DNA of 64,000 nt from Candidatus Kapaibacterium sp. (GTDB lineage: Bacteria > Bacteroidota > Ignavibacteria > Kapaibacteriales > Kapaibacteriaceae). Of the stretch, positions 55,964-64,000 are shown piece after piece (position 1 is the stretch's first letter; each line of letters begins with the position of its first letter). The translations under genes and the position numbers were made by a program. The notes under the pieces are model-generated. The model saw only the letters and a list, made by a program, of their open reading frames with translations, was not told where the DNA came from and ran no database searches. Where the stretch lies: assembly GCA_030833725.1 (NCBI GenBank), contig JAURGP010000005.1:298-64297 (forward strand), given 5' to 3'.

Positions 55964-57880
55964 TCACGACAGCGCGCGACGAACGACACTCTCAGCCACA
56001 AAATCCCTGACGACGGCAGCAATCCCTGGTGCGTCGAGTTGCACGTCGGCCCAGAGTTCCTGCTGGGTACCGTGGTCGACGTAGATGTCGTCGATACCAT
56101 GGATCTTCATGTCCACAGTACGGCTGTGGACTTGAGCTACGTACTCTGCCACAGCACTGCCGAATCCACCTTGCTTCTGTCCGTCCTCCACCGTCACGAT
56201 CCGTCCGACGCGCAGTGCTAATTCGTCGATCATCGCCGTATCGAGAGGTTTGACAAATCGAGCATTGACCACCTCGGCTTCGATGCCTTCTGCAGCAAGG
56301 ATTTCTGCGGCCTTCATCGCATGCCCAACCATGGTTCCGATAGCCACGATAGCCACGTCAGAACCCGTGCGGACTGTTTCACTCTTCCCTAAGGGTATCG
56401 GCTGCATCGGGCGGATGATGGCACCTACACCTTCGCCACGTGGATAGCGAATCGAGATAGGCCCCGCCTTGTAGCTATGCACAGATGTGTAGAGCATGTC
56501 GCGTAGCTCCTGTTCGTCTTTTGGAGCCATGACAACCATCCCCTGAATCATTCGGAGGTAGCCCAGATCGAGTACGCCGTGGTGGGTTGGACCGTCGGCA
56601 CCAACAACACCGGCACGATCCAATGCAAACACCACATGCAGATGCTGGAGTGCAACATCGTGGGCAATGTGATCGAAGGCGCGCTGGAGAAAACTGCTGT
56701 AGATCGCTACCACGGGAATTACGCCTTGGGTAGCCAGACCTGCAGCGAACGTGACACCGTGTCCCTCAGCGATGCCCACATCGTACACGCGCTGTGGGAA
56801 CTGTCGCTGGACAATATCCAGACCCGTACCATCGGGCATGGCTGCCGTGATGCCCACGATCTTCGGATTGGTGGTCATCAACTCGACCATGGCCTCGCCG
56901 AACACATCCTGATACTTGGGTGGTGCTGGAGTGGGAGGTGGTGCCGACTTGACAGCCTGTCCCGTGATCTTATCGACCTTACCAATGGCATGCAGAAACT
57001 GCTTGTCCTGTTCTGCTGGTCCGTATCCCTTACCCTTCTGCGTAATGGTATGCAGAAGGACTGGTCCGCGGATCTCACGCACGTCTCGCAGCATTTTCAC
57101 GAGAGCCTCAACGTTATGGCCGTTGACCGGACCGAAGTACCGAAACCCGAGAGCCTCGAACAGCATTCCTGGCGTGAGCACGGCCTTAAAGCCCCCTTCC
57201 ACGCGATGTACTGTTTTACGAATGCGGTCTCCCAACTGATCGAGTGACCCAGTCATGTCGTAGAGCTGGTCGCGGAGCTTACGGGCTGTTGGGGAGGCAA
57301 AGATCTCGCTGAAGTAGTTCGACAACGCCCAGACGTTCGGTGCAATGGACATGTTGTTGTCGTTGAGAACCACCAAGAGGTCGTTCTTGTAGATGCCGCA
57401 GTTATTCATGGCCTCATAGGCCAGTCCACCCGTCATTGCTCCGTCGCCAATCACAGCTACGACCTTCTGGTGCTGGTGTAGCTGATCCCGTGCAGCGGCC
57501 ATACCAAGGGCCGCTGAAATCGATGTGGTGGCATGACCGGCACCGAACTCATCGTAGATGCTCTCCGATCGCTTCAGAAAGCCCGACAAACCATCCTTCT
57601 TGCGGATGGTATGCAGCTCATGCTTGCGCCCAGTAAGAATCTTATGCGGATAGCCCTGGTGGCCGGTATCAAAGACGATTTTGTCCGTGGGCGTGTTGAA
57701 GACGTAGTGAAGTGCTACGGTCAGCTCGACCACACCGAGTCCTGCCCCGAAGTGACCACCAACCTTGGTGATGGTATCCACGAGGTATTCGCGCACCTCA
57801 TCCGATACGGTTTTTAAGGCCGACTCGGGGAGCTTGCGGAGATCTTCGGGACTATTGATCTGATCGAGGTAGGTGTACAT
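55964..57880 (-). CDS. dxs: 1-deoxy-D-xylulose-5-phosphate synthase
   Basis: GGHFGAGLGVVELT, GHQGYPHKILTGR, GDGAMTGG, LNDN, DVGIAE, DGPTHHG, IRYPRG. Confidence 0.97.
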   Translation of the reverse strand: MYTYLDQINSPEDLRKLPESALKTVSDEVREYLVDTITKVGGHFGAGLGVVELTVALHYVFNTPTDKIVFDTGHQGYPHKILTGRKHELHTIRKKDGLSGFLKRSESIYDEFGAGHATTSISAALGMAAARDQLHQHQKVVAVIGDGAMTGGLAYEAMNNCGIYKNDLLVVLNDNNMSIAPNVWALSNYFSEIFASPTARKLRDQLYDMTGSLDQLGDRIRKTVHRVEGGFKAVLTPGMLFEALGFRYFGPVNGHNVEALVKMLRDVREIRGPVLLHTITQKGKGYGPAEQDKQFLHAIGKVDKITGQAVKSAPPPTPAPPKYQDVFGEAMVELMTTNPKIVGITAAMPDGTGLDIVQRQFPQRVYDVGIAEGHGVTFAAGLATQGVIPVVAIYSSFLQRAFDHIAHDVALQHLHVVFALDRAGVVGADGPTHHGVLDLGYLRMIQGMVVMAPKDEQELRDMLYTSVHSYKAGPISIRYPRGEGVGAIIRPMQPIPLGKSETVRTGSDVAIVAIGTMVGHAMKAAEILAAEGIEAEVVNARFVKPLDTAMIDELALRVGRIVTVEDGQKQGGFGSAVAEYVAQVHSRTVDMKIHGIDDIYVDHGTQQELWADVQLDAPGIAAVVRDFVAESVVRRALS

Positions 57881-57910
57881 GACGATGCTGAAGAAGTGAG
57901 CGAAAGAACG

Positions 57911-59935
57911 TTATCGGCGCGGTGTTTCCACCAGAACCTGCACGGTTCGGGACAACTGTCGGCCTACGGGTGAGGAGTTTGGATGAATCTCCGTGTCCTC
58001 TCCAACTCCGCTAGTAGTGTAGGAGGCCGACGGCGCCTTCTGCCGGAGAAACGCTGAAACAGCCTCGGCACGTTCCCTCGACAGGGTGCGATTATGAACG
58101 TCGGAGCCAATGCGATCCGTGTATCCAATCACCTGTACCTTGGAGTTTGCTGCGATCGACGGAAGCACCATGCGTTCCAGAACGCGGAGATTGTCTTCCG
58201 AGAGCGAGGCCGTGTTGAAGTCGAACAGAATCAACGAGTATTTATCGATGGTCTTATCGGGCAGGTTCTCTGTGCGCTTTCGCACACTGCTTGCATAGTC
58301 GACGGGAACCGAGCCGAGTGCTACGGCCTCCTGACCGCTTTGCGAGCGCACGGATAACTCGTAATCGACAGGGACCTGCGTGGTTCCAAGATCGTTCGGC
58401 TTAATGATCCAGTCGATCTTACTGGGCAACGTTGTGCCGCTGACATCCCGTAGCGGTCTGCCCGCCTGACTGATCGACAGCGTCCAACTCACGACACTGT
58501 CGGTTTGACGATCGGCATTGGCAACATCGGGGTGGAATTGCAGCATGCCGGGCGTAGCAATGCGCTGCTGATCTGCCGTGATCACCACTGGAGCCAGCAG
58601 GTCCGGAACATTGCTGGACAGCTCGATCCGACGGTTCTCTTCAGCACCTTCTGGATCAGACTCGGATGAAGGCTTGGTAGGTCGTGCTATCGCGCGCACG
58701 GCAATGCGTGATGGCGTGATGCCGAAGGTGGTCACGAGGTAGTCCTTCGCCCACAGTGCCCGTCGATTGCCAAGCTCGGGAATGCGCACCTCGGTCGTGG
58801 CGTCCGTGGTACCCGTAATCGTGAGTGTTGCGTGTTGCAGGTCCACCATCCGCGAGCCAATGATGTTCAGCAGGTTGCGGTTCACCTCGATGGCATCCAA
58901 TGGCAGCGACGTGGGTTCGAAGCTTCCTTCAACCGACGACCCGGTTTGTTGCAGGGCTGCCGTGGGGGCCGCTGCACCTTGCGGGTAGAATACAAATGGC
59001 ACAAGCGGGAACATCTCGGTGTAGGTGTAGTCCTCCACGTTGATGGATGATACGTCAACCATCTGTCCGTCACCGGACATGGTGGTCACACGGGCAATGT
59101 TCACCCCAAGGCGACGATCCTCCGTGGGAAGCTCTAACGACGGCGATGACCGGGCTACAGTAAACGACAGACTGACGCCGAAGCGCAACTGACCGATGCT
59201 CCAGGGGTTGTAGTCGTTGTCCGACGAGACGTTCGACAATGGCAGCCGATAGCTTACTTCAGGTTGCAACCAGACGTCCTTGCCGAGTTCCATCGTGTAT
59301 CCCACGCCAAGCGCCAGAGCCAATCGCACACTGGACGATGGTACATTTCCAGGAGCCGGAGTGATGTCTTGATTGCCAACGTAGGCGGCACCAATGTTTA
59401 AGTCAGTGAGTTGTTCTTGGCTAAGCGAAAGGGGAATACCCAGCTCGAGTCCACCCAGCACGTAGACCGGAACCTCAGGAATCAGATCATGGTATTCCAG
59501 TCCGGGCGTCATCTCCAGATAGAGGCTTGAGGCTTCAAAACCGTGCGTGAGCACGGAGTCGCCAAGCAGTGGCTGCGTGGCGGACGTCGAAGCCGTAAGC
59601 CAGTTCAGACCTACGCGTCCCGTGAAGTGTAGATGGGCGGATAATGGTGTGGCTACGGTCATTCCACCCAGAATCGTCGCTGTTGTGGATCCCTCGGTCA
59701 TGCGAAGCGACCTGTTGATCCAGCGCTCAAACAATGGATTCGGTACGGTTTGGATGCGCCAGGCGGCGATGCTCGAACTGGACATGTTGAGGGCCAGGGC
59801 GCCGTACACCCCAACGCGAGTCCCAAAGCGAACGTCTGATGAAGCCCGTGCAGATGCAGCCAGAGTGTCCTGACCGAGGATAGACGTGACAGGTACGAGG
59901 AGGGCTAGGAGCCCACCAACGAATGCTCTCTTCAT
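57911..59935 (-). CDS. OmpA-family protein: N-terminal beta-barrel + two OmpA-like peptidoglycan-binding domains
   Basis: Signal MKRAFVGG; barrel ending GQLRFGVSLSF; domain 1 TITGTTD...RRA...ENRRIEL; domain 2 LFDFN...GYTDRIG...LSRERA...RTVQV. Confidence 0.88.
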   Translation of the reverse strand: MKRAFVGGLLALLVPVTSILGQDTLAASARASSDVRFGTRVGVYGALALNMSSSSIAAWRIQTVPNPLFERWINRSLRMTEGSTTATILGGMTVATPLSAHLHFTGRVGLNWLTASTSATQPLLGDSVLTHGFEASSLYLEMTPGLEYHDLIPEVPVYVLGGLELGIPLSLSQEQLTDLNIGAAYVGNQDITPAPGNVPSSSVRLALALGVGYTMELGKDVWLQPEVSYRLPLSNVSSDNDYNPWSIGQLRFGVSLSFTVARSSPSLELPTEDRRLGVNIARVTTMSGDGQMVDVSSINVEDYTYTEMFPLVPFVFYPQGAAAPTAALQQTGSSVEGSFEPTSLPLDAIEVNRNLLNIIGSRMVDLQHATLTITGTTDATTEVRIPELGNRRALWAKDYLVTTFGITPSRIAVRAIARPTKPSSESDPEGAEENRRIELSSNVPDLLAPVVITADQQRIATPGMLQFHPDVANADRQTDSVVSWTLSISQAGRPLRDVSGTTLPSKIDWIIKPNDLGTTQVPVDYELSVRSQSGQEAVALGSVPVDYASSVRKRTENLPDKTIDKYSLILFDFNTASLSEDNLRVLERMVLPSIAANSKVQVIGYTDRIGSDVHNRTLSRERAEAVSAFLRQKAPSASYTTSGVGEDTEIHPNSSPVGRQLSRTVQVLVETPRR

Positions 59936-59966
59936 AGTGCAGTTGTAACGTGGAGGAATGTCAGCA

Positions 59967-59974
59967 CAAAGGTA
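59967..59974 (-). promoter_or_regulatory. -7 promoter box TACCTTTG for the ompA-like to dxs genes
   Basis: Exact TAnnTTTG, 31 nt upstream of the ATG at 59935. Confidence 0.65.
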
Positions 59975-59979
59975 CGACG

Positions 59980-61437
59980 TTACGACGACGAGGACTTCCG
60001 GGACCGACGGAACAGCCAATACAGAGGGACTCCTGCAAGGAGAATTATCAGACCATAGACAGAGTTGAGGATCGGATCCGCCCCGGTTGCACGACCTGCT
60101 TGGTACTGTTCGTAATCGCTCCAAAGGGAGAAGGCAAGAAATCCGACGGCAAACAGGATGAAGACCACGGGTACAACCGGATATCCCCAGGCGCGATACG
60201 GACGCAGTGCGTTTGGATCGCGGCGTCGAAGAATGATCACGCCGGCTGCCGACAAACCATAGAACCCCCAACTGACGAAGATCAGCATCTCGGTGAGCAT
60301 GTCGAAGGTGCCGGTGAACACGAGGACACAGGTCCAAGCCCCCTGCCAGAAAAGGGCCGTCGATGGCGTATGAAACCGAGGATGAACGCGCTGGAGGGAG
60401 CGGAAGAACAAGCCGTCCTTCGCCATCGCAAAGAAGATGCGTGCGCTTTGCAGAATGGTACCGTTACTCGTTCCCACGGTGGAAACCATCACGGCCACAG
60501 CCACAAAGATCAAGCCCCAGGGGCCAAGGGCACGCCGAGCAATCTCGGCTGCCGGCGACTCGGATTGCGCCAGAGCGTCGATGTCGAGGATGTAGAGGTA
60601 GGCAAGGTTGATCAGCAAGTAGATCGCAAGAATGGAGAGCGAACCCAGAACTAGGGCGCGAGGAATGGTTTTCTGCGGCTCGCGCGTCTCACCGGCCACA
60701 GCTGTCACCGAGTTCCATCCGTCGTACGACCACAGCGCCTTGTTCATGGTGAGGATGACGGCCATGAAGAGGGCTGCCCCGGTGGCGGATCCAGCAGCGG
60801 TGTCCCGTGTGAAGTTCTCTGCCGATCCATCGCCAGCCAGAAAGGCCGCGGCAACCAGAACAACGATCGCGGCGATTTTCGACACGGTGAGAACGTTCTG
60901 GATCCGACCTCCAGAGCGCACACCGGCGATGTTTGCCAGGGTGAGCACAACCACGACTCCTGCTGTTAGCAGCTTGATTCCCATCTCCTGGAGTGGGTAG
61001 ATCACTCCGAAGGGGAGAGGGATGGCAAACGACTGCCAAACGTCGTCCGGTAGCGACCAAAGGGGAATGACAGAGTCGAAGTAGTATGAGAACACATACG
61101 TAATCGAGGCAATCGAACCGGTCTGAATCACCGAGAACATGGCCCAGCCGTAGAGAAAGGCCGTGAGATCACCGTAGATCACGCGGAAATACTCATACTG
61201 CCCACCCGTGGACGGGATCATTCCCGCAAGCTCGGCAACGGTGAGTGCACCGAACAGTGTCACCATGCCGGCTACCACCCATACGGCCAGCAGGATCTCG
61301 GGGGAGCCCGTGAGTGCAGCCATCGCGGCTGGATTTTTAAAGATGCCGGATCCCACAACACTGCCAATCACCAGCATGGTTGTGGTAAAGAGGCCCAGTG
61401 TTCGCATGAGCGAAGGCGCAGGTGTTGGCTGTTGCAT
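59980..61437 (-). CDS. APC-family amino acid permease
   Basis: VGSGIF, ELAGMIPSTGGQY, WSYDGW, AGE..EPQKTIPRA, ARIFFAMAKDG, RPYR; TATCTTCG box 6 nt before the ATG. Confidence 0.94.
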   Translation of the reverse strand: MQQPTPAPSLMRTLGLFTTTMLVIGSVVGSGIFKNPAAMAALTGSPEILLAVWVVAGMVTLFGALTVAELAGMIPSTGGQYEYFRVIYGDLTAFLYGWAMFSVIQTGSIASITYVFSYYFDSVIPLWSLPDDVWQSFAIPLPFGVIYPLQEMGIKLLTAGVVVVLTLANIAGVRSGGRIQNVLTVSKIAAIVVLVAAAFLAGDGSAENFTRDTAAGSATGAALFMAVILTMNKALWSYDGWNSVTAVAGETREPQKTIPRALVLGSLSILAIYLLINLAYLYILDIDALAQSESPAAEIARRALGPWGLIFVAVAVMVSTVGTSNGTILQSARIFFAMAKDGLFFRSLQRVHPRFHTPSTALFWQGAWTCVLVFTGTFDMLTEMLIFVSWGFYGLSAAGVIILRRRDPNALRPYRAWGYPVVPVVFILFAVGFLAFSLWSDYEQYQAGRATGADPILNSVYGLIILLAGVPLYWLFRRSRKSSSS

Positions 61438-61555
61438 CTGATCCGAAGATACGGACCAGGTTGTCGGTACTGAAAAGCACGACGTGATTCCGCAGTATCG
61501 GAGGTAAATTGAGGATCGATTGTCGTTTCCTCTACGTCACCAGCATGTATTCCAG

Positions 61556-62269
61556 ATGATTGCCTTTGGAGTAGGGCTCCTGATCGGATATGTCCTGGCG
61601 ATTCCGCCTGGGCCCATTGGCATGGCTGCGATGCGTTCGGCAGTGCGCGACGGCTGGTCGGCCTCCCTCAAGATTGCGGCCGGAGCAGGATTGCTGGACA
61701 CGATCTACAGCGCTCTGGCCATGGTGGCAACATCGGCGGCCGTTCAGGCACTGCTCCAGATGGAGCATAGCCACCCGTGGGCGATGGTAGTGATGCAGTC
61801 TGGTATCGTTGTACTCATGATTGGTGCCGGTGTCCTTCAGGTGAGGAGTGCGTCTCGACTGCCCCGAGAAGACGTGTCTGCGAATGGTACTCCCGCTAGT
61901 GGTTTGTCGCAGTGGTTCCGACTACATGGTCCGTTCTTCGTGGGCGTGGGATATGCGATCGCGAATCTTGCCAATCCCACCTTTGTTCCGGCCCTGGCGG
62001 CCATGTCCACCTTTGTCCAAGGCCTGGAGTGGTTCGAGCCTGTCTTGGCCAACCGGCTGTTGTTCGCCGTGGGTTTTGGGCTGGGCAACATGGCATGGTT
62101 AATTACACTCGTCAAAATCGTGTTGGCCTACCGCGATCGGATGTCCACGGTCTTCATGAAGCGCTTACAACAGATTTCAGGGTTTTCACTGATTGGTTTC
62201 GGTACGTTCTACGGCTTGCGTATCATCGTGGTAACCGAGTGGCATCTGCTTTTTACCGTTCAACCATGA
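61556..62269 (+). CDS. LysE-family translocator
   Basis: AIPPGP, GAGLLD, ANP motif, about 6 TM helices. Confidence 0.85.
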   Translation: MIAFGVGLLIGYVLAIPPGPIGMAAMRSAVRDGWSASLKIAAGAGLLDTIYSALAMVATSAAVQALLQMEHSHPWAMVVMQSGIVVLMIGAGVLQVRSASRLPREDVSANGTPASGLSQWFRLHGPFFVGVGYAIANLANPTFVPALAAMSTFVQGLEWFEPVLANRLLFAVGFGLGNMAWLITLVKIVLAYRDRMSTVFMKRLQQISGFSLIGFGTFYGLRIIVVTEWHLLFTVQP

Positions 62270-62318
62270 TTCAGCCAATCATGATCCAGTCATGATCCAG
62301 TCGTGATCCAGCCAATGA
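62265..62318 (+). repeat. Tandem (A/G)TGATCCAG repeats at the lysE/ompA junction
   Basis: CATGATTCAGCCAAT CATGATCCAGT CATGATCCAGT CGTGATCCAGCCAAT GA. Confidence 0.88.
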
Positions 62319-64000
62319 TTACTATCGTTCAACGAATACTACGAGTATGGGTCGCGGTGCTGATCGTTTCTGCACCCATGCTTCAGGCGCAGCCACTACG
62401 CATTGGCGTGAAAGGGTCATACTTGCACGTACAGAATGTCTCGACGATGCCGGTCCTTCTGGGAAGTACTGATTGTGGCAGGTTCCAGGATGGTGTTTCT
62501 CCGGGTGTTCAAGCTGGACTTACCGTCGACTATCCCATACTCGGTGCGTTTCTGGAGATCAGTGGTGCACTGGTGTACCAACAGCGCCCAGCCCAACTGG
62601 TAACACGAACCACAGATGACTACACGGTCCTTGATCCACGCACAACGTCGTACGTCTTTCTGGAGCGTGAGCACGTGTTTACCTCGGATCTCGGCTACAT
62701 TACTGCAGAGCTAGGGTTTCGCTCGCAGCCGTTTTCGTGGCTGCCGGTGTATCTCCGGATGAGCGTTGATGCCGGCAATCCCATTGTGAACGCTACGTAC
62801 CAGCAAACCGAAGAGATTGTGGCTCCCTCTGGAGTGCTGTTCGCGGATGGGACACAACGCAGAGTGGTAGGTACCGGTGAGTTTCCCGGTTTGGGAACAT
62901 CTGTAGGGGGCTACGGCGGCGTGGGGGCTGTGTTGGATCTCACCGATCGGGTACAGATCTGCCCCGAAATCGGTTACCGTTATGGATTGAACTCACTGAC
63001 GTCCCGTGCCCAGTGGCAACAGTCATGGTGGTCAGCTGGTGTCCAAATGCGGTTCCGCTTGGATGGCGATGATGAGGAGCCAGCTCCAGAAGAAGTTCCA
63101 CCTCCGCCACCAGCGGCTGTCCCGGAACCAGAGGTGGTTGCCGAGGTGTCGCCACCCGCCCGCCTGTCAGCTGTACGAGGGAGGCCCCTGGAGATACAAC
63201 AAACCGTGGTGACGCAAACCTTCCCGCTACTGCCATACGTGTTCTTCGATTCGGCGTCTGCCGCAATTCCAGCGCGCTACGTTCGCACAGTACCAGGCGA
63301 GGCGTTCAGCGAGGCTGCGATTCCTAAGTTGACCTTGCCGATCTACTATGCCGTTCTTGACATTCTGGGCAGTCGGATGGTGCGCGATTCCTCGATACGA
63401 CTGACCGTGATTGGAGCAACGGATGGAAGGGAGCTGTCCTCGTCGTCGGACCGTATGCGGTTAGCCGGAGATCGTGCCGCTGCCGTGGTACATTACCTTG
63501 GTTCCCGTTGGAACATTGATGCCAGGCGGTGCACGGTGGTTCCACGCAATCGTCCGCGGTTTGAGAGCAATGTGGACTATGCAGAAGGTGTGGAAGAAAA
63601 CAGACGTGTGGAGCTTGTGACCTCGGATGCCGAGGCTTTAGGGCCAGTGGTCCATCGTAGGTTCTTGGAGTATGTTCCGGTTCAGCCGTATCAGGATCTT
63701 GCCGTGACTGTCGACGACTCCCTTGATGTTCAATCATGGGAGATGGTTCTGACCCAGCCAGATGGCACCCCCATACTGAACGTTCCCGGACGCGGACGTC
63801 CACCGCAACAGATAAGCATCAACCTGGACTCAACGGTCACCAGTGCGTTAGGGCCTCGCCTGCAGGATCTCGATTCCTTGGAGGCTACCCTCACACTTCG
63901 TCAGTCGGATGGGCGTTCAACGCAGTGGACAGCTCGTTTTCCCATTGTCAAGACAACTAGTACCTTTGAGGTAAGTCGATTGTCACTCATTGTGTTCGAA
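62315..64000 (+). CDS. OmpA-family protein with N-terminal beta-barrel, paralog of 57911..59935 (runs off the window; absent from the ORF track)
   Basis: Manual translation: MITIVQRILRVWVAVLIVSAPMLQAQ..., barrel ending WWSAGVQMRF, Pro-rich linker, TFPLLPYVFFD, ILGSRM, IGATDG, ENRRVEL, final SRLSLIVFE. Confidence 0.88.
   Translation, partial: MITIVQRILRVWVAVLIVSAPMLQAQPLRIGVKGSYLHVQNVSTMPVLLGSTDCGRFQDGVSPGVQAGLTVDYPILGAFLEISGALVYQQRPAQLVTRTTDDYTVLDPRTTSYVFLEREHVFTSDLGYITAELGFRSQPFSWLPVYLRMSVDAGNPIVNATYQQTEEIVAPSGVLFADGTQRRVVGTGEFPGLGTSVGGYGGVGAVLDLTDRVQICPEIGYRYGLNSLTSRAQWQQSWWSAGVQMRFRLDGDDEEPAPEEVPPPPPAAVPEPEVVAEVSPPARLSAVRGRPLEIQQTVVTQTFPLLPYVFFDSASAAIPARYVRTVPGEAFSEAAIPKLTLPIYYAVLDILGSRMVRDSSIRLTVIGATDGRELSSSSDRMRLAGDRAAAVVHYLGSRWNIDARRCTVVPRNRPRFESNVDYAEGVEENRRVELVTSDAEALGPVVHRRFLEYVPVQPYQDLAVTVDDSLDVQSWEMVLTQPDGTPILNVPGRGRPPQQISINLDSTVTSALGPRLQDLDSLEATLTLRQSDGRSTQWTARFPIVKTTSTFEVSRLSLIVFE

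Noticed and set aside
59936-60337. 134-aa N-terminal extension of the OmpA ORF (similar extensions at 10255, 14023, 17793, 40251, 44762, 52658)
   Set aside because: These overlap neighbouring genes or promoter boxes; signal peptides and family motifs begin at the downstream ATGs used here.
61484-61493. GTGATTCCGC, identical to 10 nt at the tRNA-Lys 3' end
   Set aside because: It lies on the 5' side of the tRNA and would bracket the core gene dxs; a 10-mer match in 64 kb is not unlikely.

Overview
A 64-kb, gene-dense stretch of core bacterial chromosome. T9SS C-terminal sorting domains, an Oar-type TonB-dependent receptor and TAnnTT(T/C)G '-7' promoter boxes point to the Bacteroidota/Chlorobi/Ignavibacteria clade; Ca. 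Kapabacteria is my best guess (inference only). I call about 48 CDS, one tRNA-Lys(UUU) and one collapsed OprM/NodT pseudogene. Content: housekeeping genes (rsmA, rsmE, waaA, xerD, glgA, ispE, dxs, accA, aspA, ltaE), a surface-polysaccharide cluster (rfbB, nucleotide-sugar dehydrogenase, wecB, SLBB exporter, GT2, Wzx, priming transferase, Dpm1-like, GT2 fusion), peptidoglycan-recycling glycosidases (NamZ, NagZ, NAGPA-like), two T9SS cargo proteins and three paralogous beta-barrel proteins. I found no CRISPR array, IS element or prophage. Main observations: (1) an ECF sigma factor followed by an anti-sigma with a TM helix, a disordered tether and a C-terminal beta-barrel (Dma-like, both membranes spanned), plus a coupled lipoprotein; (2) ten genes whose ATG lies only 3-6 nt after a -7 promoter box, implying widespread leaderless mRNA; (3) a TBDR-DUF4397-T9SS nuclease operon, a candidate extracellular nucleic-acid uptake locus, with a Cys-rich uORF; (4) recurrent short tandem duplications at start/stop codons, one forming a stop-start relay through all three frames; (5) two probable pseudoenzyme domains (RsuA-like, PGT-like). 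All calls come from reading motifs by eye; no database searches were run. Many starts were moved downstream of the ORF-track start.
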